From NCBI GenBank assembly GCA_964433895.1, contig CAYSSU010000002.1, positions 47,822 to 111,821 on the forward strand: a DNA stretch of 64,000 bases. The letters are read 5' to 3'. The DNA is from an uncultured Prevotella sp. (lineage in GTDB: Bacteria; Bacteroidota; Bacteroidia; Bacteroidales; Bacteroidaceae). The notes below the pieces were generated by a model. That model saw nothing but the letters and a program-made list of their open reading frames with translations, had not been told where the DNA came from and made no database searches. This document shows, piece by piece, positions 8,592 to 17,686 of the stretch. How positions within the stretch are numbered: the first letter of the stretch is position 1; each line of letters begins with the position of its first letter. The translations under genes were made by a program, and so were the position numbers.

Positions 8592-9116
8592 TTATTTAAT
8601 TATTCTGTAATATCCTTCTTTACGAGGTTTCACTGTATGTGGATGAGCTGAGGCATAACCCAAGCTTATTGCACCTACTCCAATAATATTTTCAGGAAGA
8701 TTCCATTGTCTCAGCAATGCCTTGCCTTCTTCTGTTTCAAACATCTTGTCCTCACGGTTAATCCAGCAAGAAGCTAATCCTATGGAGTGGGCTGCAAGCA
8801 TCATATTGCCAATGACAAGGCTGCCGTCCTTTATGTTGTTATTCCAGTCTTTAGAGGAAAAAACCAGAACTATGGTAGGGGCTCCATAGTAAGGGTCAGA
8901 TTCAGTACCCATTATGCGCGCATTCTCTTTACGTAACCAGTCTGACTGTTCTTTGTTTTGTACGGCTACAATCCATGAGTCCTGTTTGCTCATGCCGTTT
9001 GCTGCCCATGTGCCGGCTTCGAGTACCGTATTCAGTTCTTCATCACTTATTTGTTCTTCTTTATAACGGCGGATACTGCGTCTTTCCCTTATAGTTTTTA
9101 ATACTTCGTTTTCCAT
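8592..9116 (-). CDS. Nitroreductase family protein
   Basis: N-terminal RRSIRRYKEEQISDEEL FMN-binding motif; ...WIVAVQN...GNMMLAAHSIGLASCWI. Start set at ATG 9116 (MENEVLK...) because the -7 box at 9144-9151 overlaps the longer ORF start at 9146. Confidence 0.85.
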   Translation of the reverse strand: MENEVLKTIRERRSIRRYKEEQISDEELNTVLEAGTWAANGMSKQDSWIVAVQNKEQSDWLRKENARIMGTESDPYYGAPTIVLVFSSKDWNNNIKDGSLVIGNMMLAAHSIGLASCWINREDKMFETEEGKALLRQWNLPENIIGVGAISLGYASAHPHTVKPRKEGYYRIIK

Positions 9117-9143
9117 TTCTGTTTGTTTTTTACAGTTTATCGG

Positions 9144-9151
9144 CAAAGGTA
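9144..9151 (-). promoter_or_regulatory. -7 promoter box TACCTTTG
   Basis: Lies 27 nt upstream of ATG 9116 on the minus strand. Confidence 0.55.
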
Positions 9152-9213
9152 ATCATCTTTAAGTTATTGACAAAATAATAGTTTGTTTTTATTTTGCCAG
9201 GTAACTGTTTTTA

Positions 9214-9377
9214 ATTACCTTTGAATAAGATAAGCTGCATTCGGAAATCCAAAGAAAAATAGATTTTCCTTTGCTATTTCACTCATTTGCATTACCTTTG
9301 AATAAGATAAGCTGCATTCGGAAATCCAAAGAAAAATAGATTTTCCTTTGCTATTTCACTCATTTGCATTACCTTTG
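9214..9377 (+). repeat. Perfect tandem direct repeat, 77-bp period (2 full units plus a 10-bp third start)
   Basis: Positions 9214-9300 are identical to 9291-9377 (87 nt read base by base). Each unit boundary carries ATTACCTTTG, so TACCTTTG -7 boxes fall at 9216, 9293 and 9370. Confidence 0.95.
9370..9377 (+). promoter_or_regulatory. Proximal -7 box TACCTTTG with TTTG -33 element 19 nt upstream
   Basis: TTTG-CTATTTCACTCATTTGCAT-TACCTTTG, 43 nt upstream of ATG 9421. An identical full promoter lies 77 bp upstream (9293-9300). Confidence 0.6.
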
Positions 9378-9420
9378 CGCATGAAAAACAAACTACTATT
9401 TAAATTTTAAAAAAAGGAAA

Positions 9421-10785
9421 ATGAGTTCTTTAACTATTGCGATTATCGTTGTGTTCGTAGTGGGCTATATTTTTATTGCCCTGGAGAGCATAACAAAAGT
9501 GAACAAGGCTGCCATAGCCTTGCTGATGTTTGTGGCTTGCTGGACACTGTTTATGGTGGAACCGGGAAGTTATATGACAGGTGTTACAGGCGATAACCTG
9601 ATAAATGAAGTCAGTGAAGCCATTGAACGGCATTTGGGCAGTACATCTACGACATTGTTTTTCCTTATGGGAGCTATGACAATTGTTGAGATTGTGGACC
9701 AGAATGGTGGTTTCAACTGGGTGCAGACGCGTATGGCTACAAAGAGCAAGCGTGGACTTCTGTGGAAGATAGCTTTTATGACTTTCTTTCTTTCTGCAAT
9801 ACTTGATAATCTTACCACAAGTATTGTGATGATAATGATTCTGCGAAAACTGGTTCATGACCATAAAGACCGCATCGTATATGCTTCTCTGGTCATAATC
9901 GCTGCAAATTCTGGTGGAGCGTTCTCACCGATAGGTGATGTCACTACTATTATGTTGTGGAATAAAGGTGTGATTACGGCACTTGGTGTGATGTCTGAAG
10001 TTTTCATTCCGTCAGTAATATCACTTGTAATACCGACGCTTATATTGCAGACACAGTTGAAGGGTGAGTTGGCTGCTGCACCAAAAGTGAAAGTGGATGA
10101 AAAGAAAACCACAGAACTGGAGTTCAGCAAAGGGCAGCGTAAAATGATATTTATTCTGGGTGTAGGCGGACTGATGTTTGTGCCTGTATTCAAGAGCATT
10201 ACACATCTGCCTCCGTTTGTAGGTATACTTCTTGTGCTTGGTGTCTTATGGACTGTTACAGAGGTATTCTACAGCAATTTGCATAACGGATATAGCAAAG
10301 GAACTTTTCAGAATCGAGTTACCAATTTGCTTTCTCATATAGATATGAGCACAATATTGTTCTTCCTCGGTATTCTTATGGCTGTGGCTTGTCTTGAAGA
10401 GGTTGGTGTACTGACATCTTTGGGAAAGGGACTCAATGAGACCTTCTGTGGAAACCATTATCTTGTTACGGGTATTATAGGTATAATGTCAAGTATTGTA
10501 GACAATGTGCCTTTGGTGGCAGGCTGTATGGGCATGTATCCTGTAGCGCCGACAGGTGATATGGCAATAGATGGAATCTTCTGGCAATTGCTGGCTTATT
10601 GTGCCGGTGTCGGTGGCAGTATGCTTATTATCGGCAGTGCTGCCGGAGTTGTGGTGATGGGACTTGAGAGAATTACCTTCGGATGGTATATGAAAAAAAT
10701 AAGTTGGATTGCCTTTGTAGGTTATGCTGCCGGTATTCTTTCTTATTGGATAATAAGAACTTTTATATTTACAACACCTATTTGA
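9421..10785 (+). CDS. nhaD: Na+/H+ antiporter NhaD / ArsB-NhaD permease family
   Basis: 454 aa polytopic protein. Conserved blocks FFLSAILDNLTTSIVM, ANSGGAFSPIGDVTTIMLW, SSIVDNVPLVA. Confidence 0.85.
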   Translation: MSSLTIAIIVVFVVGYIFIALESITKVNKAAIALLMFVACWTLFMVEPGSYMTGVTGDNLINEVSEAIERHLGSTSTTLFFLMGAMTIVEIVDQNGGFNWVQTRMATKSKRGLLWKIAFMTFFLSAILDNLTTSIVMIMILRKLVHDHKDRIVYASLVIIAANSGGAFSPIGDVTTIMLWNKGVITALGVMSEVFIPSVISLVIPTLILQTQLKGELAAAPKVKVDEKKTTELEFSKGQRKMIFILGVGGLMFVPVFKSITHLPPFVGILLVLGVLWTVTEVFYSNLHNGYSKGTFQNRVTNLLSHIDMSTILFFLGILMAVACLEEVGVLTSLGKGLNETFCGNHYLVTGIIGIMSSIVDNVPLVAGCMGMYPVAPTGDMAIDGIFWQLLAYCAGVGGSMLIIGSAAGVVVMGLERITFGWYMKKISWIAFVGYAAGILSYWIIRTFIFTTPI

Positions 10786-10813
10786 CGATATAAGTAATTC
10801 GTTATTTGAAAAA

Positions 10814-10857
10814 AGTTAAGACTGATAAATCAATTACATGAAATATCAGTCTTAACT
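10814..10857. terminator. Bidirectional intrinsic terminator between convergent nhaD and cysK
   Basis: 14-bp arms AGTTAAGACTGATA / TATCAGTCTTAACT, flanked by an A-run and a T-run. Confidence 0.8.
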
Positions 10858-10892
10858 TTTTTATTTTTTCAGTACATAATGTAGATTATGTA

Positions 10893-11840
10893 TTATAGGG
10901 GATATTCTTCGAAAGCATAGAGTACGGTGCTTAGATATCTTTCTCCCGTATCAGGAAGCAAAGCTACAACAAGTTTGCCCTTGTTTTCCGGACGTGCTGC
11001 AACTTCGGCTGCTGCAAATGCTGCTGCACCGGACGAGATACCTACAAGCAGACCTTCCTGCTGTGCCAGTTGACGACCTGCCAGAATGGCGTCATCATTG
11101 TCTATATCCAGTACTTCATCAATTACGGCTGCATCGTATGTCTTTGGAATGAAACCGGCACCTATGCCCTGAATCTTGTGAGGACCGCTTTTGCCGCCGT
11201 TGAGAACAGGAGATGTTGCTGGTTCTGCTGCTATAATCTTAACATTGGGATTTTGTTCCTTAAGATATTTTCCTATACCGGAAATAGTACCGCCTGTGCC
11301 AACTCCGGCAATGAAAATGTCTACTTTACCGTCTGTGTCTTTCCATATTTCAGGACCTGTGGTTTCATAGTGGTTACGAGGGTTGGCAGGATTGTCAAAC
11401 TGTCCGAGGATAATGCTGCCCGGAATACTGTCGCGCAATTCTTCGGCGGCTTTTATGGCTCCGGTCATGCCGTCACGTCCATTTGTCAGTTTCACTTCGG
11501 CACCGTAGGCTTTTACCAGATTGCGTCGTTCTATACTCATCGTCTCTGGCATTGTAAGGATTAGATGATAACCCTTGACGGCAGATATCAGAGCCAGACC
11601 GACACCGGTGTTGCCACTTGTAGGCTCTATAATAGTTGCTCCAGGCTTAAGTTTGCCTTTTTTCTCAGCGTCTTCAATCATGGCAAATGCAATACGGTCT
11701 TTTACACTGCCACCGGGGTTGAATGATTCTACTTTTGCAATTATTGGTGTCTTCAGCCCTTTAGAGGCGGAATATTTGTTAAGCTCCACAAGTGGAGTAT
11801 TACCGATAAGTTCGGTAAGATTTTTAGCAATTTTTGTCAT
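10893..11840 (-). CDS. cysK: Cysteine synthase A (O-acetylserine sulfhydrylase)
   Basis: 315 aa. PLP-lysine motif [15 protein letters not shown] loop, [10 protein letters not shown]. Confidence 0.95.
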   Translation of the reverse strand: MTKIAKNLTELIGNTPLVELNKYSASKGLKTPIIAKVESFNPGGSVKDRIAFAMIEDAEKKGKLKPGATIIEPTSGNTGVGLALISAVKGYHLILTMPETMSIERRNLVKAYGAEVKLTNGRDGMTGAIKAAEELRDSIPGSIILGQFDNPANPRNHYETTGPEIWKDTDGKVDIFIAGVGTGGTISGIGKYLKEQNPNVKIIAAEPATSPVLNGGKSGPHKIQGIGAGFIPKTYDAAVIDEVLDIDNDDAILAGRQLAQQEGLLVGISSGAAAFAAAEVAARPENKGKLVVALLPDTGERYLSTVLYAFEEYPL

Positions 11841-11860
11841 GATGTTATAATTTAATTTTG

Positions 11861-13156
11861 TTATTTTACGTAACTGAATGCTTCGTCAAGGGCATCAATG
11901 AGGTCTTCAACGTTTTCTGTTCCGATGCTCAGACGTATTGTTGAAGGATACAGATGCTGGTCTTCAAGTTCTTTAGGAGACAGTTGGGAGTGAGTAGTTG
12001 TTGCAGGATGTATAACGAGTGACTTTACATCTGCCACATTGGCAAGCAATGAGAATATTCGCAGATGGTCTATGAACTCCCATGCTTCTTCCTGCCCTCC
12101 CTTGATGTCGAATGTGAAGATAGAGCCTGCACCGTTTGGATACAACTTCTTGTATAGCTCATGGTCTGGATGTGAAGCTACAGCAGGATGGTTGACATTC
12201 TTTACCTTAGGGTGCTTTTGCAGATAATCCACAATCTTAAGTGCGTTTTCTACGTGGCGCTCTACGCGGAGACTTAATGTTTCAAGACCTTGCAGCAGAA
12301 TCCATGCGTTGAATGGGCTAATGGTAGCACCTGTGTCACGGAGTATGACTGCGCGGATACGTGTCACGAAGGCTGCTTTACCTGCAACATCAGCAAAAAT
12401 CGCGCCATGATATGAAGGTTCTGGTTTTCCCAAAGTAGGGAATAGGTCGGCATTGGCTTTCCAGTCGAAGTTTCCTCCGTCAACGATTACACCACCGAGG
12501 CTGCTTCCATGACCACCGATGAACTTAGTTGCGCTATGTACCACGATGTCAGCTCCATGTTCTATAGGACGTATCAGATATGGTGTACCGAATGTGTTGT
12601 CTATTATTAGTGGCAAGCGGTGCCGGTGAGCAATTTCTGCCCATTTGTCAATATCGGTAACATCTGAATTAGGATTGCCGAAAGTTTCAGCATACAGCAC
12701 ACGTGTTTCTGGCTTTATGGCTGCCTCTATGGCTGCATAGTCGTTGTAGTCAACAAAAGTGTGGGTGATGCCAAGATTAGAGAATGTATGCTCTATAAGG
12801 TTTGTTGTTCCGCCATATACATTTTTTGCTGCTACGATATGTTGACCGGAAACAAGTATGTTTTCTAGAGCATAAGTTACAGCTGCTGCGCCAGAAGCTA
12901 CAGCCAGACCGGCTACACCGCCTTCTAGAGCTGCAACACGATCTTCGAATACTCCTTGAGTTGAATTAGTAAGACGCCCATATATATTGCCGGCATCACG
13001 GAGCCCGAAGCGGTCGGCTGCATGTTGAGAATTACGGAATACGTAACTTGTTGTCTGGTATATTGGAACTGCACGTGAATCTGTTGTCGGGTCTGCCTGT
13101 TCCTGACCTACGTGAAGTTGAAGTGTCTCGAAATGAAGTTTCTTTTCTGTACTCAT
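11861..13156 (-). CDS. metY: O-acetylhomoserine aminocarboxypropyltransferase/sulfhydrylase (Cys/Met PLP family)
   Basis: 431 aa. [14 protein letters not shown]-terminus. PLP site [11 protein letters not shown]. Lies 20 nt upstream of cysK on the same strand. Confidence 0.92.
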   Translation of the reverse strand: MSTEKKLHFETLQLHVGQEQADPTTDSRAVPIYQTTSYVFRNSQHAADRFGLRDAGNIYGRLTNSTQGVFEDRVAALEGGVAGLAVASGAAAVTYALENILVSGQHIVAAKNVYGGTTNLIEHTFSNLGITHTFVDYNDYAAIEAAIKPETRVLYAETFGNPNSDVTDIDKWAEIAHRHRLPLIIDNTFGTPYLIRPIEHGADIVVHSATKFIGGHGSSLGGVIVDGGNFDWKANADLFPTLGKPEPSYHGAIFADVAGKAAFVTRIRAVILRDTGATISPFNAWILLQGLETLSLRVERHVENALKIVDYLQKHPKVKNVNHPAVASHPDHELYKKLYPNGAGSIFTFDIKGGQEEAWEFIDHLRIFSLLANVADVKSLVIHPATTTHSQLSPKELEDQHLYPSTIRLSIGTENVEDLIDALDEAFSYVK

Positions 13157-13204
13157 AATCTATATCCTTTCTTTTATAAGTTTATTGTTTCTTGTTTACA
13201 TCTG

Positions 13205-13212
13205 CAAAGTTA
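13205..13212 (-). promoter_or_regulatory. -7 promoter box TAACTTTG for metY-cysK
   Basis: Lies 48 nt upstream of ATG 13156 on the minus strand. Confidence 0.55.
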
Positions 13213-13366
13213 CGGCAAAAATGAATGGTATGAAATCGCATATTTGGGGCATTTGGCATACCACATTTGTGGTATATGATGTTTTTTGAGGTTAATAAAT
13301 AAGAAAAAAGGAAATAAAGTACAATAAATTTGACTTTCAGGACTTGCAGATTAACTATATAATACT

Positions 13367-13374
13367 TATATTTG
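13367..13374 (+). promoter_or_regulatory. -7 promoter box TATATTTG for the ATPase/DUF4435 pair
   Basis: Lies 22 nt upstream of ATG 13397. Confidence 0.5.
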
Positions 13375-13396
13375 TGGAAAAATAAAATAAGTAATT

Positions 13397-14212
13397 ATGC
13401 AGAAGTATGCTGATTATATAGAACAGATAGAGATAGACTCTCTCTGGAGTGGTACAAAACATATCATCTGGAATCTGGACCGCAAAGTGAATATACTTAG
13501 TGGAGTGAATGGTGTGGGAAAAAGTACTATATTAAATAAGGTGGTGAAGAGTGTAGCTTGCAATGGCGAATTTCCCAGTCATCTGCTTAAAGGAGTACAC
13601 TTGAAAGTGTATCCGGAAGATGCCAAATGGATTCGGTTTGACGTTATAAGAAGCGTCGACCGTCCGTTGCTTAATAGCAGTATTGTGGAAAAAATGGATA
13701 TGAGTCTCGCCACAGAACTGGATTGGCAATTATTTCAGTTGCAGCGTAAATATCTTGATTATCAGGTGAACATTGGCAATCGCATTATTTCTGCATTGCA
13801 GAGTGGTGAGCCTGATGCTGCCGTGAAAGCCCAGAAACTTAGTGAACCGAAGAAACTTTTTCAGGATATGCTTGATAATCTGTTCAATGATACAGGAAAA
13901 ACTATTGTACGCACTGAAAATGAAATCAGATTCTTGCAGATGGGAGAGGTGCTGGTCCCATATCAACTGTCGGCAGGAGAAAAGCAAATGCTTGCTATTC
14001 TGCTGACTATGCTTGTGGAAGACAATTTGCCATATATGCTGTTTATGGATGAACCGGAGATAAGTTTGCACTTTGAATGGCAGAAACAGCTTATAGGACT
14101 GATATTGAAACTGAATCCTAATGTGCAGCTTATCATGACTACGCATAGTCCGGCTGTTGTCATGGATGGATGGACGGACAAAGTGACAGAGGTTACAGAT
14201 ATTACAGTTTAG
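13397..14212 (+). CDS. Small ABC-type (AAA_21/23-like, SMC/RecF-style) ATPase; AriA-like partner of a DUF4435 protein
   Basis: 271 aa. Walker A GVNGVGKST (13502-13528, K42). ABC signature LSAGEKQ (from 13967). Walker B LFMDEPEISLH (D218 E219). H-loop TTHSP (H250). A short helical insert of about 60 aa separates Walker A from the signature. Confidence 0.8.
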   Translation: MQKYADYIEQIEIDSLWSGTKHIIWNLDRKVNILSGVNGVGKSTILNKVVKSVACNGEFPSHLLKGVHLKVYPEDAKWIRFDVIRSVDRPLLNSSIVEKMDMSLATELDWQLFQLQRKYLDYQVNIGNRIISALQSGEPDAAVKAQKLSEPKKLFQDMLDNLFNDTGKTIVRTENEIRFLQMGEVLVPYQLSAGEKQMLAILLTMLVEDNLPYMLFMDEPEISLHFEWQKQLIGLILKLNPNVQLIMTTHSPAVVMDGWTDKVTEVTDITV

Positions 14213-14279
14213 CATTGAATGTTTTGCTATAGATAATGTGTTGTGAATCTTTAAATAATTTATTGTGTAGTTTTAGATA

Positions 14280-15272
14280 ATGTCAAACAGACTTATAAAT
14301 AATATAACATCCGGATATTTTGAAGCTGCCAACAGAATGACTTCAAAACAGACAAGGCGCAGAATCGTTGCTTATGTGGAAAGCTATGATGATGTGTTTT
14401 TCTGGCGTACCATATTGTCTAATTTTGAAGATAAGACTCGTTACTTTGAAGTGGTATTGCCATCACATGACAATTATCTGGAAAGGGGTAAGAAAGCAGC
14501 CATAGCTGGACTTATAAATGGTGCCGGTAGGGATATGATAGCCTGTGTGGATGCAGATTATGACTATCTGATGCATGGAATTACCCATTCTTCAAGTTCG
14601 GTTCTCAATAATCCTTATGTTTTCCATACTTATGCTTATGCCATAGAGAACTGGCAGTGCTATGCGCCTTCTCTTCATACTGTGTGCGTGGCAATAACAC
14701 TTAATGACCATGATATATTTGATTTTGTGGGGTTCCTGACAAGATATTCTCAGATTATATATCCTTTGTTCGTGTGGCAGATATGGTATGCCAAACATGG
14801 GCGCCAGAGCGAATTTACTATATTGGACTTCAACAGAGTGGTAGACGTGCATACAGATATAAGGAATGTTGAAGATGCCATGGAAAGATTGGATATAAAG
14901 GTAAGACGTAAGGTAAAGGAACTTCGCAGAGAAAATCCTGAAAAATGGGACAGTTTGAACAATGTAAAAGAAGAGTTGAAAAGACTGGGAGTTACACCTG
15001 ATACAACATATCTGTATATTCAAGGACATAATCTGTTTAACAAAATAGTATCTCCACTTGTTGACCGCGTGTGCTCTTCTTTGTTTTCTGAGCGTCAGAA
15101 TGAAATAAAAACACATTCAAAGCATAGTGCACAGATGCAGACAGAGTTGTCTTGCTATGACAATAGTGTGGAGAGCGTAGTGGGAATGTTGAAAAAAAAT
15201 ACGGGCTATATGATGTCACCCGTATTCCTTAATATTTTCAGAGACCTTAAATGTATGTTTCCAGAAACTTGA
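14280..15272 (+). CDS. DUF4435 / Toprim-like (OLD-family nuclease-like) protein; AriB-like
   Basis: 330 aa. Toprim-style acidic motifs YVESYDDVFFW (E34), GKKAAI, ACVDADYDYL (D91/D93/D95), YAIENW. Lies 67 nt downstream of the ATPase gene on the same strand. Confidence 0.72.
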   Translation: MSNRLINNITSGYFEAANRMTSKQTRRRIVAYVESYDDVFFWRTILSNFEDKTRYFEVVLPSHDNYLERGKKAAIAGLINGAGRDMIACVDADYDYLMHGITHSSSSVLNNPYVFHTYAYAIENWQCYAPSLHTVCVAITLNDHDIFDFVGFLTRYSQIIYPLFVWQIWYAKHGRQSEFTILDFNRVVDVHTDIRNVEDAMERLDIKVRRKVKELRRENPEKWDSLNNVKEELKRLGVTPDTTYLYIQGHNLFNKIVSPLVDRVCSSLFSERQNEIKTHSKHSAQMQTELSCYDNSVESVVGMLKKNTGYMMSPVFLNIFRDLKCMFPET

Positions 15273-16209
15273 TTGTACCGTCTACATATATTTCTTTTGT
15301 AGTGGCAGGAATCAGGATGGATTCTCCTTCATGGAAGGTGATTTCATTGCCTTCATTGTCTTTGATTTTACCTTCTCCTTTCAAACCGATTAGAATGACG
15401 AAACTGTCTAATTCGCTATAGTCTATCGTCATAGACTTGTCAAGGTCATATACGGATGTATTGAAGTAATTGCAGTGAACGAGACTAACACCCTGGTCTT
15501 TTTCCTGTTTGTATGCTGTGCGATAGTCTTTCTCCACATTATAGTTTATACATTCTGCAGCCTCTTTAGTGTGCAATTGGCGATAGTTGCCGTTTTTGTC
15601 CTTGCGCTTGAAGTCGTAGATTCGGTATGTCACATCACTAGTCTGCTGAATTTCAGCCAGAAAACATCCTGTACCTATGCTGTGAATACGTCCTGCAGGC
15701 AAAAAGAAACAGTCACCCTCTTTAACGTTATATTCTGCCAGAGCATCTGTAATGGTATCATTTTCTACCATTTCTTTATATTGCTCAGGGGTGATTTCCA
15801 TTTTTAGTCCACTTCGCAATTTTGCGTCAGCATCACTGTTCATGATGTACCACATTTCTGTTTTGCCGCGTTCTTTACCCATGCGCTTTGCTATCTCGTC
15901 AGTAGGATGTACCTGAATGGACAGTTGCTGGCGTGCATCAATAAATTTGATAAGCAAAGGAAATTCATTGCCAAACCGTTTATAATTTTCATCTCCAAGA
16001 AGTTTGCCTTTTAGAATACTCACAACTTCATTAAGATTTTTACCGGCATATTCACCATCGGCAATTATGCTTTCGCTGCCTTTTACTCCGGAGATTTCCC
16101 AGCTTTCGCCTACGTTTTCTTGTTGAACATCAAGGTGCTTGAACGGAATGATTTTACTTCCACCCCAAAGGGTAGACTTAAGAATTGGTCTAAATTTTAT
16201 TGATTTCAT
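15247..16209 (-). CDS. manA: Mannose-6-phosphate isomerase, class I
   Basis: 320 aa. LWGGSKI, SIQVHPTD, KTEMWYI, AGRIHSIG metal/cupin motifs. The 3' end overlaps the DUF4435 gene by 26 nt. Confidence 0.9.
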   Translation of the reverse strand: MKSIKFRPILKSTLWGGSKIIPFKHLDVQQENVGESWEISGVKGSESIIADGEYAGKNLNEVVSILKGKLLGDENYKRFGNEFPLLIKFIDARQQLSIQVHPTDEIAKRMGKERGKTEMWYIMNSDADAKLRSGLKMEITPEQYKEMVENDTITDALAEYNVKEGDCFFLPAGRIHSIGTGCFLAEIQQTSDVTYRIYDFKRKDKNGNYRQLHTKEAAECINYNVEKDYRTAYKQEKDQGVSLVHCNYFNTSVYDLDKSMTIDYSELDSFVILIGLKGEGKIKDNEGNEITFHEGESILIPATTKEIYVDGTIKFLETYI

Positions 16210-16228
16210 AACTATTGTTTATTGTTAG

Positions 16229-17686
16229 TTAGTTGTCTTTCCAGAATGACGGTGACAAAATCACCAGAACAGAGAATATTTCCAGACGGCCTATCAGCAT
16301 CAGTGTGGAGCAAATCCATTTTACAAATGCAGGTAACTCAGACCAGCTCATTGTCGGTCCTATTTCTCTACCGAAAGCCGGTCCCACGTTACCCATGCTA
16401 CTTAATGTTATTGTTATGGCATCGGTATTGTCAATTCCAGCTATAATAAATATTGTTGATGCTACAACACATATAGTGAGATATATTGCCAGAAAAGCAA
16501 GTAGGGTTGCCTGCTTTTGTAAAGGAACGTTCACCTTGTCTATTTTCATCGGTATCACTGCATTAGGATGAAGCATTTGGCGAAACTGATTCTTTATGTC
16601 TTTTATCAGCATCACCCCTCTTATGCACTTAAAGCCACCACTTGTACTGCCTGAACATGCGCCTATAAACATACATATAGACAAAACCACCCAGGTTGTG
16701 TGTGGCCATGTGGCGGCATCGTCATTGAATAAACCTGTTGTGGATATGCACGATGCGACCTCAAATACTCCGCTTCTGAAAGCATGCTCCAATGTATAGC
16801 CGTTTTTGGATACCAATTCAAACGTTATGAATGCAGTGAAAAATGCAACTATATAAAAATAGAATTTGAATTCCTGACTCTTGAAAAGTTGCATTGGCTT
16901 TAGTTTTACTACAGAATAATACAGAAGCGTGAAGTTTATTCCAAATATGAAACAGAACAGAGCATTGGAATATTCCAAAAATGGAGAATTGAAGAATGCT
17001 GTGCTGCTGTTGTGTGTAGCAAAGCCACCGGTGGCAGCTGTTGACATAGCGTAGTTCAGACCGTCAAACCATCCCATTCCGCCAAGCATGAAACATCCGA
17101 AGCATGCACATGTGAGAACGATGTATACCGTCCATATTAATTTGGAACTTGTTGTCAGGCGTGGGTGTAATTTAGTATGTATAGGTCCTGTAGCTTCTGC
17201 GGCAAATACCTTAACCGATCCTCCAACAAATGAAGGAAGTATGGCTATGGTGAAGAATACAATTCCCAGACCACCTATCCATTGGGTCATGGAGCGCCAG
17301 AACAGCAGTCCGTGCGGCAATGCTTCAACGTTGTTGATAATTGTCGCACCTGTGGTGGTGAAGCCAGACATTGTTTCAAAATAGGCATCAGTGAAGTTAG
17401 GAATGAAACCACTTATAATGAAAGGCAGTGTGCCAAAGATACTGAATATAATCCATGATAATGTTACTACGAGATATGAATCTTGCCGTGACATGGAATT
17501 GTCTGATTTTCGACCGATATATCTAAGTATGAAAGCTGCAAAAGCCGTTATGAAAACAGATATGAAGAATGCCATTACATCGTCTTCATTGTATATCAGA
17601 GCCATGCACATGCACAATGCCATCAGCGTTGCTTCTATGCCGAGCAATGCTCCCAATATTTTGTATATAGTTTTCCAGTTCAGCAT
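16229..17686 (-). CDS. trkH: Potassium uptake protein TrkH
   Basis: 485 aa polytopic protein. Repeated selectivity-filter-like TTTG/TGGF/STTG loops (SGFTTTGAT, ATGGFATHN, CISTTGLF, GSTSGGFK). Confidence 0.92.
   Translation of the reverse strand: MLNWKTIYKILGALLGIEATLMALCMCMALIYNEDDVMAFFISVFITAFAAFILRYIGRKSDNSMSRQDSYLVVTLSWIIFSIFGTLPFIISGFIPNFTDAYFETMSGFTTTGATIINNVEALPHGLLFWRSMTQWIGGLGIVFFTIAILPSFVGGSVKVFAAEATGPIHTKLHPRLTTSSKLIWTVYIVLTCACFGCFMLGGMGWFDGLNYAMSTAATGGFATHNSSTAFFNSPFLEYSNALFCFIFGINFTLLYYSVVKLKPMQLFKSQEFKFYFYIVAFFTAFITFELVSKNGYTLEHAFRSGVFEVASCISTTGLFNDDAATWPHTTWVVLSICMFIGACSGSTSGGFKCIRGVMLIKDIKNQFRQMLHPNAVIPMKIDKVNVPLQKQATLLAFLAIYLTICVVASTIFIIAGIDNTDAITITLSSMGNVGPAFGREIGPTMSWSELPAFVKWICSTLMLIGRLEIFSVLVILSPSFWKDN

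Noticed and set aside
9214-9377. The tandem 77-bp repeat considered as a possible CRISPR array or minisatellite.
   Set aside because: There are only about 2.1 contiguous units with no unique spacers and no cas genes. The unit is a promoter-bearing duplication, not a repeat-spacer array.
13157-13204. A search for riboswitches or leaders upstream of metY-cysK (SAM), fhs (THF) and the threonine aldolase-family gene.
   Set aside because: The predicted leaders are only about 20-50 nt from the -7 box to the ATG. That is too short for the known riboswitch classes, and I saw no conserved riboswitch cores.
13730-15116. Minus-strand ORFs (161, 72, 174 and 70 aa) opposite the ATPase/DUF4435 pair. They could have been extra components of the candidate defence module.
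   Set aside because: They are antisense to ORFs that carry complete Walker/signature/Toprim motifs and have a low-complexity hydrophobic composition. No promoter boxes or terminators fit them.
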